Below are positions 39,925-52,092 of a DNA stretch of 62,000 nucleotides, piece after piece. Origin of the DNA: Malacoraja senta (lineage: Eukaryota); assembly GCA_038087875.1 (NCBI GenBank), contig CM075993.1, positions 186,001-248,000 of the forward strand. Reading direction: 5' to 3'. The notes below the pieces were generated by a model. That model did not search any database and was not told where the DNA came from. It worked only from the letters and a program-made list of their open reading frames with translations. Position numbers and translations under genes: made by a program. Position 1 is the stretch's first letter; every line of letters begins with the position of its first letter.

Positions 39925-41140
39925 GGATGCCCTTTGCATCTGTTTTCACTGAGGAGAAGAACATGGAGGACAGTGAGATCAGTGTGAGGAATGCTAATGT
40001 GCAGGGACAGTTTGAGATGAAGAATGAGGAGGTGTTGGAGCTCTTGAAGAGCATTATGGTGGATAAATCTCCAGAACCTAATGAAATCTATCCCAGGTTA
40101 TTGCGATAGTCAAGAGAAGAGATTGCAGGAATCTTGACAAAGATCTTTGCATTTTCTCTTGCCACGAGTGAGTTCCCGGAGGACTGGAGAATTGCTAATA
40201 TTGTTTTTTTATTTAAGGAGAGAAATGGGTAGAATCCAGGAAGTTATGAGGTGGTGAGCCTCGCTTGAGTGTTTGGGAAAATATTTGAGAGCATTCTTCG
40301 GGATAGGATTTCATAAGACATACGCGCGGAATTGGGCCATTCAGACCATCGAGTCTACTCTGCCAAACAATCATGGCTGATCCATCTTTGATACCGTTAC
40401 TAATCAAGAACATGTCAATTTATGCTTTAAAAATACCCAATGACGGTCTCTGCAGCCAATGAATTCCACAAACTTGCCATCAGATTCACTTCCATTTGGA
40501 GGAGAATGGGTTAATTAAGGAGAGGATTTGTACTTGTCAGGTCGTGTTTTACTAACTTAGAGTCATAGAGTGATACAGTGTGGAAATAGGCCCTTGGGCC
40601 TAACTTGTCCACACCGGCCAACAATGTCCCAACTACACTAGTCCCACTTACCTGCGCTTGGTTCAACTTGATCGACTTTTTTGAGGAGATATCGAAGGTG
40701 ATCGATGAGGGTGGCATCGTGGATATTGCCTACATGGATTTGATAAAGTCCCCCACAATGGGCTGATCCAGAAGATTAAGGTGCACAGGATTAACAGTGA
40801 CTTGGTCGTATGGATTCAAAACTGGCTTATTGATAGAAGGCAGAGGATTGTGGTGGAAGGACAATATTCAGACTGGAGGTCTGACCAGTGGAGTTCGGCA
40901 GGGATCTGTGCTGGGACCGCTGTTGTTTGTGATGTATATAAATGACTTGGACGTAAACGTAGATGGGTTGGTTAGTAAATTTGCAGGAGACACCAAGATT
41001 TTGGTTGTGGACTGTGAGGAGGGCTGTCAGGGTATACAGCGGAATATCAATGGACTACAGACGGAATTTAATTCGAGCAAGTGAGAGGTGTTGCACTTTG
41101 GGAAGTGAAATGTAAGGAGAAAATATACAAACAATGGCAT
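39925..41140 (+). mobile_element. Old CR1 LINE with small nested CR1 tails
   Basis: FASVFTEE, DKSPEPNEIYPRLL, SGVRQGSVLGPLLF, KFAGDTK. Confidence 0.8.
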
Positions 41141-41668
41141 GAGCTGCACTACTTCCTTTTTTTTTTGCCTGAAAGCTGAAATGTTTCTGGAAACCCATGT
41201 ATTAATTCTTGAAATATTAGCCATTGATTGTTTACAGTGTACCTATCGGGGTATTTCCCCATTTCTTCCCCCGTGTCATAATTTGCTTTATTAAGAATCT
41301 AAAGCCCTAGTTTCAAATTGAACTAAATTACATTCCATTTCTTTCTAAAACTCTACAATATTCTGATTACTGTTCCCTTTAACTTCCAGCTAAACAATTA
41401 ACCCATTCTTGATACAGTTTAAATTTATCGTTCCCTTGTTGGTTGTTGGTTCCCCAACAAATTGCTTTAATAAATCATCTCTGTCTAGAATATGTACATG
41501 CTCCATGAATTGCTGCTCAATAGGGTAAGAGTTCTAGCTGCAGAGATCGAGAGGTTAAACATCATAAATGTGGACTGAAGTCCCGGTGATTCTATTACCC
41601 TTGTAACATGCTCCTCTACTTTCCTGATGTGTTCCATGCTTTACATAAGCATTATGTTTACATTGCAG

Positions 41669-41882
41669 TATATCCGTGTATCATACGACACAAGGCCCGA
41701 TCTCCTGCTCCACCTCATGACCACAGAGTGGGAGCTGGAGCTGCCCAAACTGCTCATCTCCATCCACGGTGGCCTTCAGAACTTTGAGCTGCAACCCAAG
41801 CTGAAGCAGGTGTTTGGAAAGGGCCTGATCAAAGCCGCAATGACCACGAGCGCCTGGATATTCACTGCCGGAGTCAGCACAG
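41669..41882 (+). CDS. TRPM1: TRPM1 exon 4: [17 protein letters not shown]...[10 protein letters not shown]
   Basis: ttgcag / GTGAGC; 214 bp, in phase. Confidence 0.95.
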
Positions 41883-42360
41883 GTGAGCAGAGGGCAACAT
41901 GACATTTATATACGATTAGTTTCCTGGCCTGCAGACCCTCACACAACCTTGCACCTCACTGGAAACCAAACAGTTACAGGAACTGGCAGCTGGGTTCCTG
42001 GTAGTTGGAGTCTGAACAATCGACACCAAGGTTCTGTCCCTGGGAATCATTGCCTTGGGATTTGGAACTTGGATTTGTTGCTTTAAATTGTTAAAATGGC
42101 ACCTTCAATTGGTTATTTTTCAACCCAAGGATTTGTCCTGAATTCCTCCATTATGCCATACTTTCCAAACCTGTCCTCTTTCTCTGTCTCCACATCCACC
42201 ACCACTCTTCAATCAACCCTCTCTCCTTCCCACTTCCCCTTTACTCCCCCATTCAATCCTCCTCCTCCCTCCAACCTTCCCCGCTCCATCCCCTTTCCCC
42301 TCCGCCCTTCCTTCACCGATCGCCTTAAGGCCTGCAGTAACCCTTATTGTTCATTTTCAG

Positions 42361-42485
42361 GTGTCATCCGTCACGTGGGAGATGCCTTGAAAGACCATTC
42401 ATCCAAATCTCGGGGAAGGATCTGTGTGATTGGATTTGCTCCTTGGGGAATTATAGAAAACAGGATGGATTTAATTGGGAAAGAC
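42361..42485 (+). CDS. TRPM1: TRPM1 exon 5: [42 protein letters not shown]
   Basis: tttcag / GTAGGT; 125 bp, in phase. Confidence 0.95.
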
Positions 42486-43054
42486 GTAGGTTTGAAAAAC
42501 ATTAACTAGTGATGAGGAAGCTTGACCACAGAGCCTGCCCAAAATAGAAATGTCTTACTGCCTAGTGTATTGATACCCATTCTCCTCCCCCATCAGACAT
42601 CATTGACCTTGTCTTCATTCATGCCATGCACGTTTTGTTGAACAAGGTGAGAATTTTTTGTCATTGGCTTGTTAGCATCTCAGAATTGGTCAGAACTAAA
42701 TTGTACTTGTTGTACTTTAACTGCCCATAATGGTGTTTGTTGTGAGGCATTTGACAAAGCCAGATGGACACTACCTGTGGTAAGGTTTTCTCCCCCACTG
42801 GGTACAGCCTTACAAAGTCTGCTTGGACCTTAGGGTGCTTTCTTTTATAATCTGAGCTCCGGAAGATTGGAGAATTTGTATTCAGTTTTGGTCACTCTGC
42901 GATGGGAAGGATGGAAAAGCTGGAAAGAGCGTGGAAGAGAACTCCTGAGAGCAGAGGTCTCTCGGAAACAGGTATCAGAGGTCACGGAGCCTGTAGACGG
43001 GAATACCGAACCGGGGTCGTGGAGGCACAATGTAGGGGTTGGACTGGGAGATCA

Positions 43055-43200
43055 GGGGGTCACTGAGTTAGGGTCATGGGTCACACTGGGAGATCGGGGG
43101 TTACTGAGTTAGGGTCATGGGTCACACTGGGAGATCAGGGGTCACTGGGTTAAGGTCATGGGTTACTGGGAGATATGGGGTCACTGAGTTAAGGTCATGT
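43055..43200. repeat. Short ~40-bp tandem repeat just upstream of TRPM1 exon 6
   Basis: GGGGTCACTGAGTTAGGGTCATGGGTCACACTGGGAGATC, ~3.5 copies. Confidence 0.85.
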
Positions 43201-43225
43201 GTCATTGAGAGTGCTTCTGTTGCAG

Positions 43226-43397
43226 GTCACCAGACCTTACCAAACGATGTCGAGCCCCCTGAGCAAGCTGACGGTGTTGAGCAGCACGCACTCGCACTTC
43301 ATCCTAGCTGACAACGGCACGCTGGGCAAGTACGGTGCCGAGATCCGGCTTCGCCGCCAGCTGGAGAAACATGTCTCCCTGCAGAAGATCAACGCAT
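43226..43397 (+). CDS. TRPM1: TRPM1 exon 6: [15 protein letters not shown]...[34 protein letters not shown]
   Basis: tgcag / GTAAGG; 172 bp, in phase. Confidence 0.95.
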
Positions 43398-43530
43398 GTA
43401 AGGGAGGCTTCAGGGGAACCGGGGGGGCGGAACAGGGGTAAGGGGGGGAGATGGAATGGGGAATGATGAGAGGGGGGGGGGGGAAGTAGGCGGGCAGGCC
43501 GGGCCTTTGCTGGAGTTGACCTCGCATCTC

Positions 43531-43612
43531 TGTGACTCCTGGGTTTCCCTTTCTCATCCTGTGCCTGGGGTACAACGAGGCCAGGAGGGGAAAGGAGGAC
43601 TCTGCCGTCATC
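43531..43612 (+). ncRNA. MIR211: Intronic pre-miRNA of the miR-204/211 family; mature 5p 43545-43566 UUCCCUUUCUCAUCCUGUGCCU
   Basis: Seed UCCCUUU intact; conserved flanks TGTGAC...GTCA; 5p pairs with AGGCCAGGAGGGGAAAGGAGGAC; lies in TRPM1 intron 6, the known miR-211 position. Confidence 0.88.
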
Positions 43613-44139
43613 AGCTCAGCCATGTCCCTGCAGCCTTGGCATCTCTCGCCCAGAGCCCTGTTACACCCCCCTGTCCCTGTCCCACACCGCTGTCCCCTCG
43701 ACCTTCCCCCCAACTCTCTCCCCTCCCCTCCAACTCTCTCCCCTCCACTCCACTCCCCTCCCCTCCAACTCTCTCCTCTCCACTCGACTCTGCCCCTCCC
43801 CATGGAATATTTGCATCATGGTGACGATCCTCAGTGTTCTTTCTGCAGCACATACTCCTGATGGAGCCATACTCAGTGTCTACCCCACGCCTCCCCTGCC
43901 CAGGGAGTGTGCTCACTTACTCCTGAGCTTGGAGAAAGCCAGTTGGCAGCACCCACTGGTGGACATCTGCTTGTGGGATTTGGATAGGGAACGGCTGTGA
44001 AATCGAATCCATTTAATGGCTGTTGTAAATAAAGGCTTTTGGAAATGGATTGAATGTCATCATGTGCCAGGACCACATGTTATCACCCTGCAGAATCCCA
44101 ACAACATACTGGAACATGGGTGATGTACAGAGTAGACAC

Positions 44140-44530
44140 AAAGAACTGCAGATGCTGGAATGTTGGAGACGGGAGAAGCGTGGATACTGGGAGGTGCGGA
44201 CTCCTTCATGATCCCAGGGAGAACACCAGGACATGCTTGGAGCTGGTTGAGATGTGGGTGCTCCTGATGTGGCCTCCTTTACATCAGCGAGACCAAGCGT
44301 GAACTGGAGCAGTGTTACGCCAAACACATGCGCGTGGCCCATCAGGCCTGCTGGATCTCTGGGTTGCTAACTATTTTAACTCCCCTTCCCATTCCCATTC
44401 TGACCTTTCTATCCTGGGTTTCCTCCATTGCCAGAGTGAGGACCCACAGACTGGAGAAACAACACCTCATATTCTGAGGTAGTTTAGGTAGCTTACAACC
44501 CTTGGCATGAATATAGAATTTTCCAATTTT
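44140..44530 (+). mobile_element. Degenerate Penelope-like fragment (GIY-YIG end)
   Basis: Similar to 10810-11060 (LYI.ETKR...FNSPSHS..DLSILG...LEKQHLIF). Confidence 0.65.
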
Positions 44531-44981
44531 AGGCAACAACCAACAGCAGCAATTTATTTTTGTTTTGTGGTACAAAGTACATCTCCCTATCACACACTCT
44601 CTGGGCAGTGGCAGCATGGATTAGACATTGGGTAAAGTTCCATTGTCCCCTTACCCACTCCCATGTGAGAGGTAGTGTGTGTTAGACACAGGGTAAAGCT
44701 CCCTCTGCACTGACCATTCATTGTGCTCAATTTCCATTGTGCTGAAACCGTATCCTGGGACTGGGATGTTTGGGATGAGGTCGTTTGACCCTTAGATGTA
44801 GAGTGAGAGTGATGTGGAACCACTGTCTGCTGTGGAGATCTGTGTGGAGCAGTGATGAAGTGCAGCTGACCCAGATTATTAATAGCTCGGTGTTCTGCTC
44901 TTTTGAAAAGGCTGGATTGCCTTTTCTCCACAATCCAGTGACTTGGTGCTGCAATGTACTTGTATTCTGTGTTGCCTGCAG

Positions 44982-45156
44982 GTCTGGGTCAGAGAGTGCC
45001 GGTGGTTTGCTTGGTGGTGGAAGGTGGTCCCAATGTGATCTCAATGGTGCTGGAGAGCCTGCGTGCTGAGCCGCCCGTCCCCGTGGTAATCTGTGATGGC
45101 AGTGGCCGAGCCTCCGACATCCTGGCCTTCGCACACAAGTACTCAGCAGATGGAGG
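44982..45156 (+). CDS. TRPM1: TRPM1 exon 7: [18 protein letters not shown]...[21 protein letters not shown]
   Basis: ctgcag / GTAAGG; 175 bp, in phase. Confidence 0.95.
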
Positions 45157-45169
45157 GTAAGGTTAGGGT

Positions 45170-46440
45170 AACATAGAAAATAGGTTCAGGAGGAGGCCAT
45201 TTGGCCCTTTGAGCCTGCATTGCCATTCATTGGCAATGCAGGCTCAATCATGGCTGATCATTCACAATCAGTAACCCGTGCCTGCCCTCTCCCCATATAC
45301 CTTGATAGCGCTAGCCTCTAGAGCTCTATCTAGCTCTTTTAAATTCATCCAGTGAATTGGCTTTAACTGCCTTATGTGGCAAAGAATCCCACAAATTCAC
45401 AACTGAGTGAAAAAGTTTTTTCTCATCTCAGTTTTAAATGGCCTCCCCTTTATTCTTGTAGACTGTGGCCCCTGGTTCTGGACTCCCCCAACATTGGGAA
45501 CATTTTTCCTGCATCTAGCTTGTCCAGTCCTTTTATAATTTTATACATTTCTATAGGATCCCCTCTCATCCTTCTAAATTCCAGTGAATACAAGCCCAGT
45601 CTTTCCAATCTTTCCTCATATGACAGTCCCGCCATCCCGAGAATTAACCTCGTGAACCTACGCTGCACTGTTTCAATAGCAAGGATGTTCTTCCTCAAAT
45701 TAGGAGACCAAAACTGCACACAATAGTCCAGATGTGGACTCACCAGGGCCCTATACAACTGCAGAAGGACCTCTTTACTCCTATATGCAAATCCTCTCGT
45801 TATGAAGGCCAACATGACATTCTTCACTGCCTGCTGTACCTGTGTGTTTACTTTCAGTGACTGGTGTACAAGGACACCCAGGTCTTGCACTCTCCTTTTT
45901 CCTAATCTGACACCATTGAGATAATAATCTGCCTCCTTGTTCTTGCCGCCACATTTACCTCACATTTACATTATACTGCATCTGCCATGCATCTGTCCAC
46001 TCACTCAACTTGTCCAAGTCACCCTGCAACCTCCTAGCATCCTCTTCGCAGTTCACACTGCCACCCAGCTTTGTGTCATCTTCAAATTTGCTAGTGTTGC
46101 TTTTAATCCCATCATCCAGAGGCGCATCCCCCGAGGTCTCCTGTACTCCAAGCTTCATTCCCTTCCTCATCGTCACCTACCTTCTCTCTTCCAGTATCTT
46201 CGGTGTAACGATCTCGCTGTAGGCCCTGTCCAGGAAACTCTGGTTTTCCCAGATGATGCTGAGGTCATTTAGTTGCCTCTCCAGTGCCCTAACATGGTCC
46301 TTCAGGAGCTGAACCTGGACACACTTTCCACAGTTGTAGCAGCCAGAGGCACCATCAGTGTCCCTGACCTCCCACATCCTGTCAGCATCGCACTGAATCA
46401 GCTTACCTGTCATTTCTTCACTGCGTCTCACCCTCTCCAA
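45170..46440 (-). mobile_element. CR1 3' portion (45170-46110) joined to a CR1 ORF1-like fragment (46130-46440)
   Basis: PHLDYCVQFWSP, KFEDDTKLGG; MWEVR...CGKCVQVQLL...LERQL zinc-finger/coiled-coil piece. Confidence 0.8.
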
Positions 46441-47247
46441 CGTTTGTCGTAGTCTCCTCCCTCAGCCTCCTCTCAAGCCACAGACTCGCACTTTTCTCAC
46501 AAGGCACTTCCCTCGACAAGGCTGCTCCCCGACAGGCCACTCCGCTTCTCAGCCAATCCCCGCACTCACTCCTTCACCTGCCGCTCCCCTGCCGACCTTG
46601 AAGTGACTCTCACCCTAATGTTTCTCTCGTCCACCCCAAACTCTCAGTCCCCAGAAGAATCTCACCTGACCAAGCTCAGAATCCCAAAGCCACACAGTTC
46701 CAAAGGAAATCCACGACACATATTCCAGGGAATCCTCCACCAGGGTCCACTGCTGCACTGGCCAGACCAGTTGTCCACCATCAGCCCTCAGACCCTGCAT
46801 CCTCAACTCCAGAATTCCTTCTCTAACTCACCAGTCCTCATGAAGGTTCCAGACCACATCTGGCACCCGCTCCACTATTCTGTGGTTTCACCATGAGGAA
46901 GATCCAAGTCCCAGCTATAAGGCAGCGGTGGACTGGTCCAGAGAAGGCACCAGAGCCTCTGGCAGAGTCTGATGTGACCCGGCCCCTCCATCACGTCACT
47001 CTCCTGCCTTGAAAGACCTTGAACAGTTTGTGCCTCAGAGAATCATGGTTAAAGTATATTTAAATACATGTTTTAATGTTAAAAATGACTGTAAAATGTA
47101 TATAAATAGACCAAAAATGTGTTGGTTATTAATTAAAATAATTAATATTAGATACTAAAGATTTGTGGGTTGTTTTTGAGCAGCATCTTTGGGCTGGTTC
47201 ACCGTGTTGAAGGCTACAGAGAAAGGCAGGTTTTAGTTGGTCGGCCT

Positions 47248-47843
47248 TCCCACTGACCGGCCCTCTGTTCCCACTGACCGACCCTTTGTTCCCACTGACC
47301 GGCCCTCTGTTCCCACTGACCGGCCCTCTGTTCCCACTGACCGTCCCTTTGTTCCCACTGACCGGCCCTTTGTTCCCACTGACCGGCCTTTGTTCCCACT
47401 GACCGGCCCTCTGTTCCCACTGACCGGCCCTCTGTTCCCACTGACCGGCCCTCTGTTCCCACTGACCGGCCCTCTGTTCCCACTGACCGTCCCTCTGTTC
47501 CCACTGACCGTCCCTCTGTTCCCACTGACCGTCCCTCTGTTGCCACTGACCGTCCCTCTGTTGCCACTGACCGTCCCTCTGTTGCCACTGACCGTCCCTC
47601 TGTATGCCACTGACCGTCCCTCTGTTGCCACTGACCGGCCCTCTGTTGCCACTGACCGGCCCTCTGTTGCCACTGACCGGCCCTCTGTTGCCACTGACCG
47701 GCCCTCTGTTGCCACTGACCGGCCCTCTGTTGCCACTGACCGGCCCTCTGTTGCCACTGACCGGCCCTCTGTTGCCACTGACCGGCCCTCTGTTGCCACT
47801 GACCGGCCCTCTGTTGCCACTGACCGTCCCTCTGTTGCCACTG
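47248..47843. repeat. 21-bp minisatellite CCACTGACCG(G/T)CCCTCTGTT(C/G), ~28 copies, abutting the exon 8 acceptor
   Basis: Visible array running straight into CTGCAG|G. Confidence 0.95.
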
Positions 47844-47846
47844 CAG

Positions 47847-47970
47847 GATAATCAGCGAGTCTGTGCGGGATCAACTTATGGTCACGGTGCAGAAAACCTT
47901 CAACTACAGCCGGCAGCAGGCTCAGCAGCTCTTCCTCGTTGTCATGGAGTGCATGAAGAAGAAAGAGTTG
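47847..47970 (+). CDS. TRPM1: TRPM1 exon 8: [41 protein letters not shown]
   Basis: ctgcag / GTGGGT; 124 bp, in phase. Confidence 0.95.
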
Positions 47971-48157
47971 GTGGGTTACAATTCTGTTTATTTCACCTTG
48001 CCGACATCTACCATGCACTTAGTTCCAATGTAATAGGAAGGAACTGCAGATGCTGGTTTATGCCAAAAATAGGCACAAAATGCGAGAGTTACTCAGCGGG
48101 TTAGGCATTATCTCTGGAGAAAATGGATGGGTGATGATCTGGGTCGAGATCCTTCTG

Positions 48158-48655
48158 TATTTACACTGGGTTTACTGTCACGGGGCCTGTGTTTACACTG
48201 GGACCTCGTTTACACTGTCACGGGGCCTGTGTTTACACTGGGACCTCGTTTACACTGTCACGGGGCCTGTGTTTACACTGGGACCTCGTTTACACTGTCA
48301 CGGGGGCCTGTGTTTACACTGGGACCTCGTTTACACTGTCACGGGGCCTGTGTTTACACTGGGACCTTGTTTACACTGTCACGGGGCCTGCGTTTACACA
48401 GGGACCTGCATTTACGCTGTCACGGGGCCTGTGTTTACACTGTCACGGGGCCTGTGTTTACACTGAGACCTGTATTTACACTGTCACAGGCCTGTGTTTA
48501 CACTGGGACCTGCATTTACACTGTCACGGGGCCTGTGTTTACACTGAGACCTGTATTTACACTGTCACGGGCCTGTGTTTACACTGAGACCTGTATTTAC
48601 ACTGTTACGGGCCTGTGTTTACACTGAGACCTGTATTTACACTGTCACGGGCCTG
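48158..48655. repeat. Compound minisatellite (~40-bp unit) built on GTTTACACTG
   Basis: TGTTTACACTGGGACCTCGTTTACACTGTCACGGGGCCTG repeated. Confidence 0.93.
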
Positions 48656-48803
48656 TTTTTAACCTGGGCCTACTCTGGCCCACTAAGGATGTGCACAACC
48701 TACTCGTCTACCCTTAAGCTGTGGTTTTCATCTCACCTTCCCGCTGACCCATCCCTGGCCTGTCGTTCACCTTTGACCTGTTGGCACGAGGCCTGGCTGC
48801 TGA

Positions 48804-48914
<111 letters not shown>

Positions 48915-49529
48915 TGAGGAACTTGTTATCCTTCCCCCACCTCTCAAAGACCAGCTCAGACCGGTCCAAGTGCAATGATTAAAGGGTTAGGGAACCAATG
49001 GCTCTGACGTCCATCTCTCACATGGGCCCTGTGTGACCAATCGCCAGTAACGTCGAGGCCCTCCCTGTAACGCCCAGCACCTTGGGGTGGGATCAGGGAC
49101 AAGGCAGGGTGGGTGAGCACCTGGGGCACTGCTGGCTTTGTGGTGAGGTGTGTGACAGGTGGGTGTGAAGTTGGGGCTCTGTGGTCACGTGGGTGTGAGG
49201 TTGTACCTCAGGGTGTACATCATGAGTAGAATTCAAAATACTGCAGATGTTAAATATCTGAAACAAAAACTGAAAATGCAGGAAACACTCATCAAGTCAA
49301 GCAGCATCTGTGGAGAGAGAAACAGAGTTAATGTTTCAAGTCCAAACCTTTTGTTGGCACTGGGAAAGAGAGACAACAAGTTGGTCTTCAGCAGCAGAGA
49401 CCGTGGGAGGGCGTGAGGGATATCTGAGGTCGGGTGCGACCCGATTAATTTATGGAACCACTGGAAACTATTTAGTTTGTCATTTGTATGTTGCTAATGG
49501 CAAGTAATCGGTTTGGCCCCATATGTGAA

Positions 49530-49970
49530 TTACAGGGATCTCAGCCCTACACAGAGTTACACGGATCTCTGGCCTACACACAGAGTTACACGGATCTCCA
49601 ATCTACCCACAGAGTTACAGGGATCTCTAATCTACACACAGAGTTACAGGGATCTCTAATCTACACACAGAGTTACAGGTACTCTGACCGACACACAGAG
49701 TTACAGGGATCTCTAATCTACACACAGAGTTACAGGGATCTCCAATCTACCCACAGAGTTACAGGGATCTCTAATCTACACACAGAGTTACAGGGATCTC
49801 TAATCTACACACAGAGTTACAGGGATCTCTAATCTACCCACAGAGTTACAGGGATCTCTAATCTACACACAGAGTTACAGGGATCTCTAATCTACACACA
49901 GAGTTACAGGTACTCTGACCGACACATAGAGTTACAGGTACTCTGACCGACACACAGAGTTACAGGGATC
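49530..49970. repeat. 29-bp minisatellite CACAGAGTTACAGGGATCTCTAATCTACA, ~15 copies
   Basis: Visible array ending ~35 bp before exon 10. Confidence 0.93.
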
Positions 49971-50004
49971 TGTGCCTGACCTTTCACTGTTTCTCTTGCT
50001 CCAG

Positions 50005-50105
50005 GTACAAATGCATCGGCTCCTGACCAGCTCAGTCTGGCCATGGCGTGGAACAGGGTGGATATTGCCCGCAATCACATCTTTGTCTTTGGCAACTACG
50101 GACCG
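50005..50105 (+). CDS. TRPM1: TRPM1 exon 10: [34 protein letters not shown]
   Basis: ccag / GTAAAT; 101 bp, in phase. Confidence 0.95.
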
Positions 50106-50583
50106 GTAAATCCTAAGACCTTCTCTCAAGCTGCAGTTTTCCAGAGAATGGGGGCAAAGAGGGGCTCTGCGCACGAGGGCTCTGCACACGAGGGCTCTGC
50201 ACACAAGGGCCCTTGAGCACGAGAGCCCCTGTGCACGAGGGCCCCTGCGCACGAGGGCTGTTGGTCACATGCTCCTCGTATCTGCCCTGCAGAGTCGTGT
50301 CTGCTCAGTGCCCTCAGCACCAGCCCCTGTTGGAAGCTCACAGCCGTCCGTGATCCTGTTCACACCCTCATTTCCCTCCAGCTCAGTGATGAAGCGTCCA
50401 CAACTCTGCTGGACGGGAACCTCAGACGTCCAGCACCCTTGGCTGGTGAACCCTCGTTCTGTCCCAGTCCTAGGTCGCCTTCCCCTCACTCCGACACACA
50501 ACCCCTGGTTCTAGCCATGGCAACACCATCCACGCGTGTGCGTGTGCGGAGGCTCTGTGACCGTCTCTCTTGTTCTCTTGCAG

Positions 50584-50727
50584 CCGGGGTCCAGCACCTC
50601 GGAACCCATCACTCGACAATCAACAAAGTTGGTGAGACAGCGGGTGAACAAAGGCAAAGGGAGAAAGAAGAGTAAAGAAGAGGTGAAGGTGGAGACTGAT
50701 CCACGCAAACTGGAGCTGCTGAACTGG
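50584..50727 (+). CDS. TRPM1: TRPM1 exon 11 (TRPM1-specific basic insert): PGSSTSEP...KGKGRKKSKEEVKVETDPRKLELLNW
   Basis: ttgcag / GTGAGG; ETDPRK.ELLNW is present in TRPM1 and absent from TRPM3. Confidence 0.93.
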
Positions 50728-50821
50728 GTGAGGACCACCCCTGTGTCCCCTGTCTGTCCCAGTGTGGTGTGTGTCTGCCGCCTGCCTGTGTGGGTACTGA
50801 CTGCCTGTAATCTCGCTATAG

Positions 50822-50956
50822 GTACACTCGCTGGAACAAGCCATGATAGACGCACTGGTGTTAGACCGTGTTGACTTTGTGAAGCTGCTGATCGAAAATG
50901 GAGTAAATATCCACAACTTCCTGACCATCCCACGGCTGGAAGAGTTGTACAACACT
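50822..50956 (+). CDS. TRPM1: TRPM1 exon 12: [45 protein letters not shown]
   Basis: tatag / GTGAGT; 135 bp. Confidence 0.95.
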
Positions 50957-51400
50957 GTGAGTACAACATTCACACCAGCCCTCCCACTGAGTACAACATT
51001 CACACCAGCCCTCCCACTGTAGGGGGGGTGACTACAGACAGTGGGGGCACCAGCTCTTTCCCCGTAAGTCCAAACATGTCCCATACAAGCAACATCTCTC
51101 CACTCCCCCTCACCTCCCTCCATACCAACACCCCCCTCACTCCCTCCGCACTTCCTTCACACACTATCACACTCCCTAAGTCCCACTGCCCCCCATCTCT
51201 CTCTGACCCTGGGGAACTCTGACTGACCCTGCGGGTTCTCTCTATGAGGGTAGATGTGAGGGTCTTTGCCGGGCCTACGGTGTGTGTGAGACGCTCAGAC
51301 CAGGAGCTGGGGCCGACAGGAGGGACCATGCCTGTAGCTGAGGCGGTGAGGATGAAGTGGAGGGATCTTGCAACGAGTGACAAAGTGTTTTGTGTTTCAG

Positions 51401-51451
51401 AGACTCGGACCCCCGAACACTCTGCACTACCTGGTGAGGGATGTGAAGAAG
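51401..51451 (+). CDS. TRPM1: TRPM1 exon 13: RLGPPNTLHYLVRDVKK
   Basis: tttcag / GTGAGA; 51 bp. Confidence 0.93.
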
Positions 51452-52092
51452 GTGAGAGCAGGCCTGCAGGCCCCGCGTGTGTGGGGCCACACTGTGTCTC
51501 CTTGACCAACTCCACATGATGTGTGGCCTTCAGGGTCCTGGGATGATTGACCTCCACCAACCCACAGGCCCTTGTGTGGGAATTGATTCCAGGCACCAGG
51601 CACCAGGCCCTGTGCCTTTTCCTGCTCATTAATGCCCACAGCGTCACACGGCCTTCGTGATGCCACGCGTCACACAGCCTTCGTGATGCCACACGTCACT
51701 GGCGGCCTCGATGCCCTCGCACATCACCTCTGGACCCCTGACCTCTGGCCCATGTTTGGTCCAAGGGAGAGATGAACTCTGCACCTCTGATCCTGGCAAG
51801 ATATAGACTGGGCAGTAATTAGATGATTATTCCAGTGTGCTGTTTGTGAACAAACATACCTGAGCCACATCCCTCATTGTCAGGTTGGTGCCAGTGCTGG
51901 CTGTAACCTCTGCTCATCATGACACCCAGGCTCCAGGAGGGTTAGTACTGGAGCGCAGGTGTACAGCTGCACAGATGATGCAGTGAACCTGGTCCCAACA
52001 CAGTCTGGCCCTTATCCCCTGCCTGGTTGCTTCCATTACAGTGGTGGGCAGTAAGATGCTGTGTTTGTGACTGTCTCTGGATCAAGCCTTAA

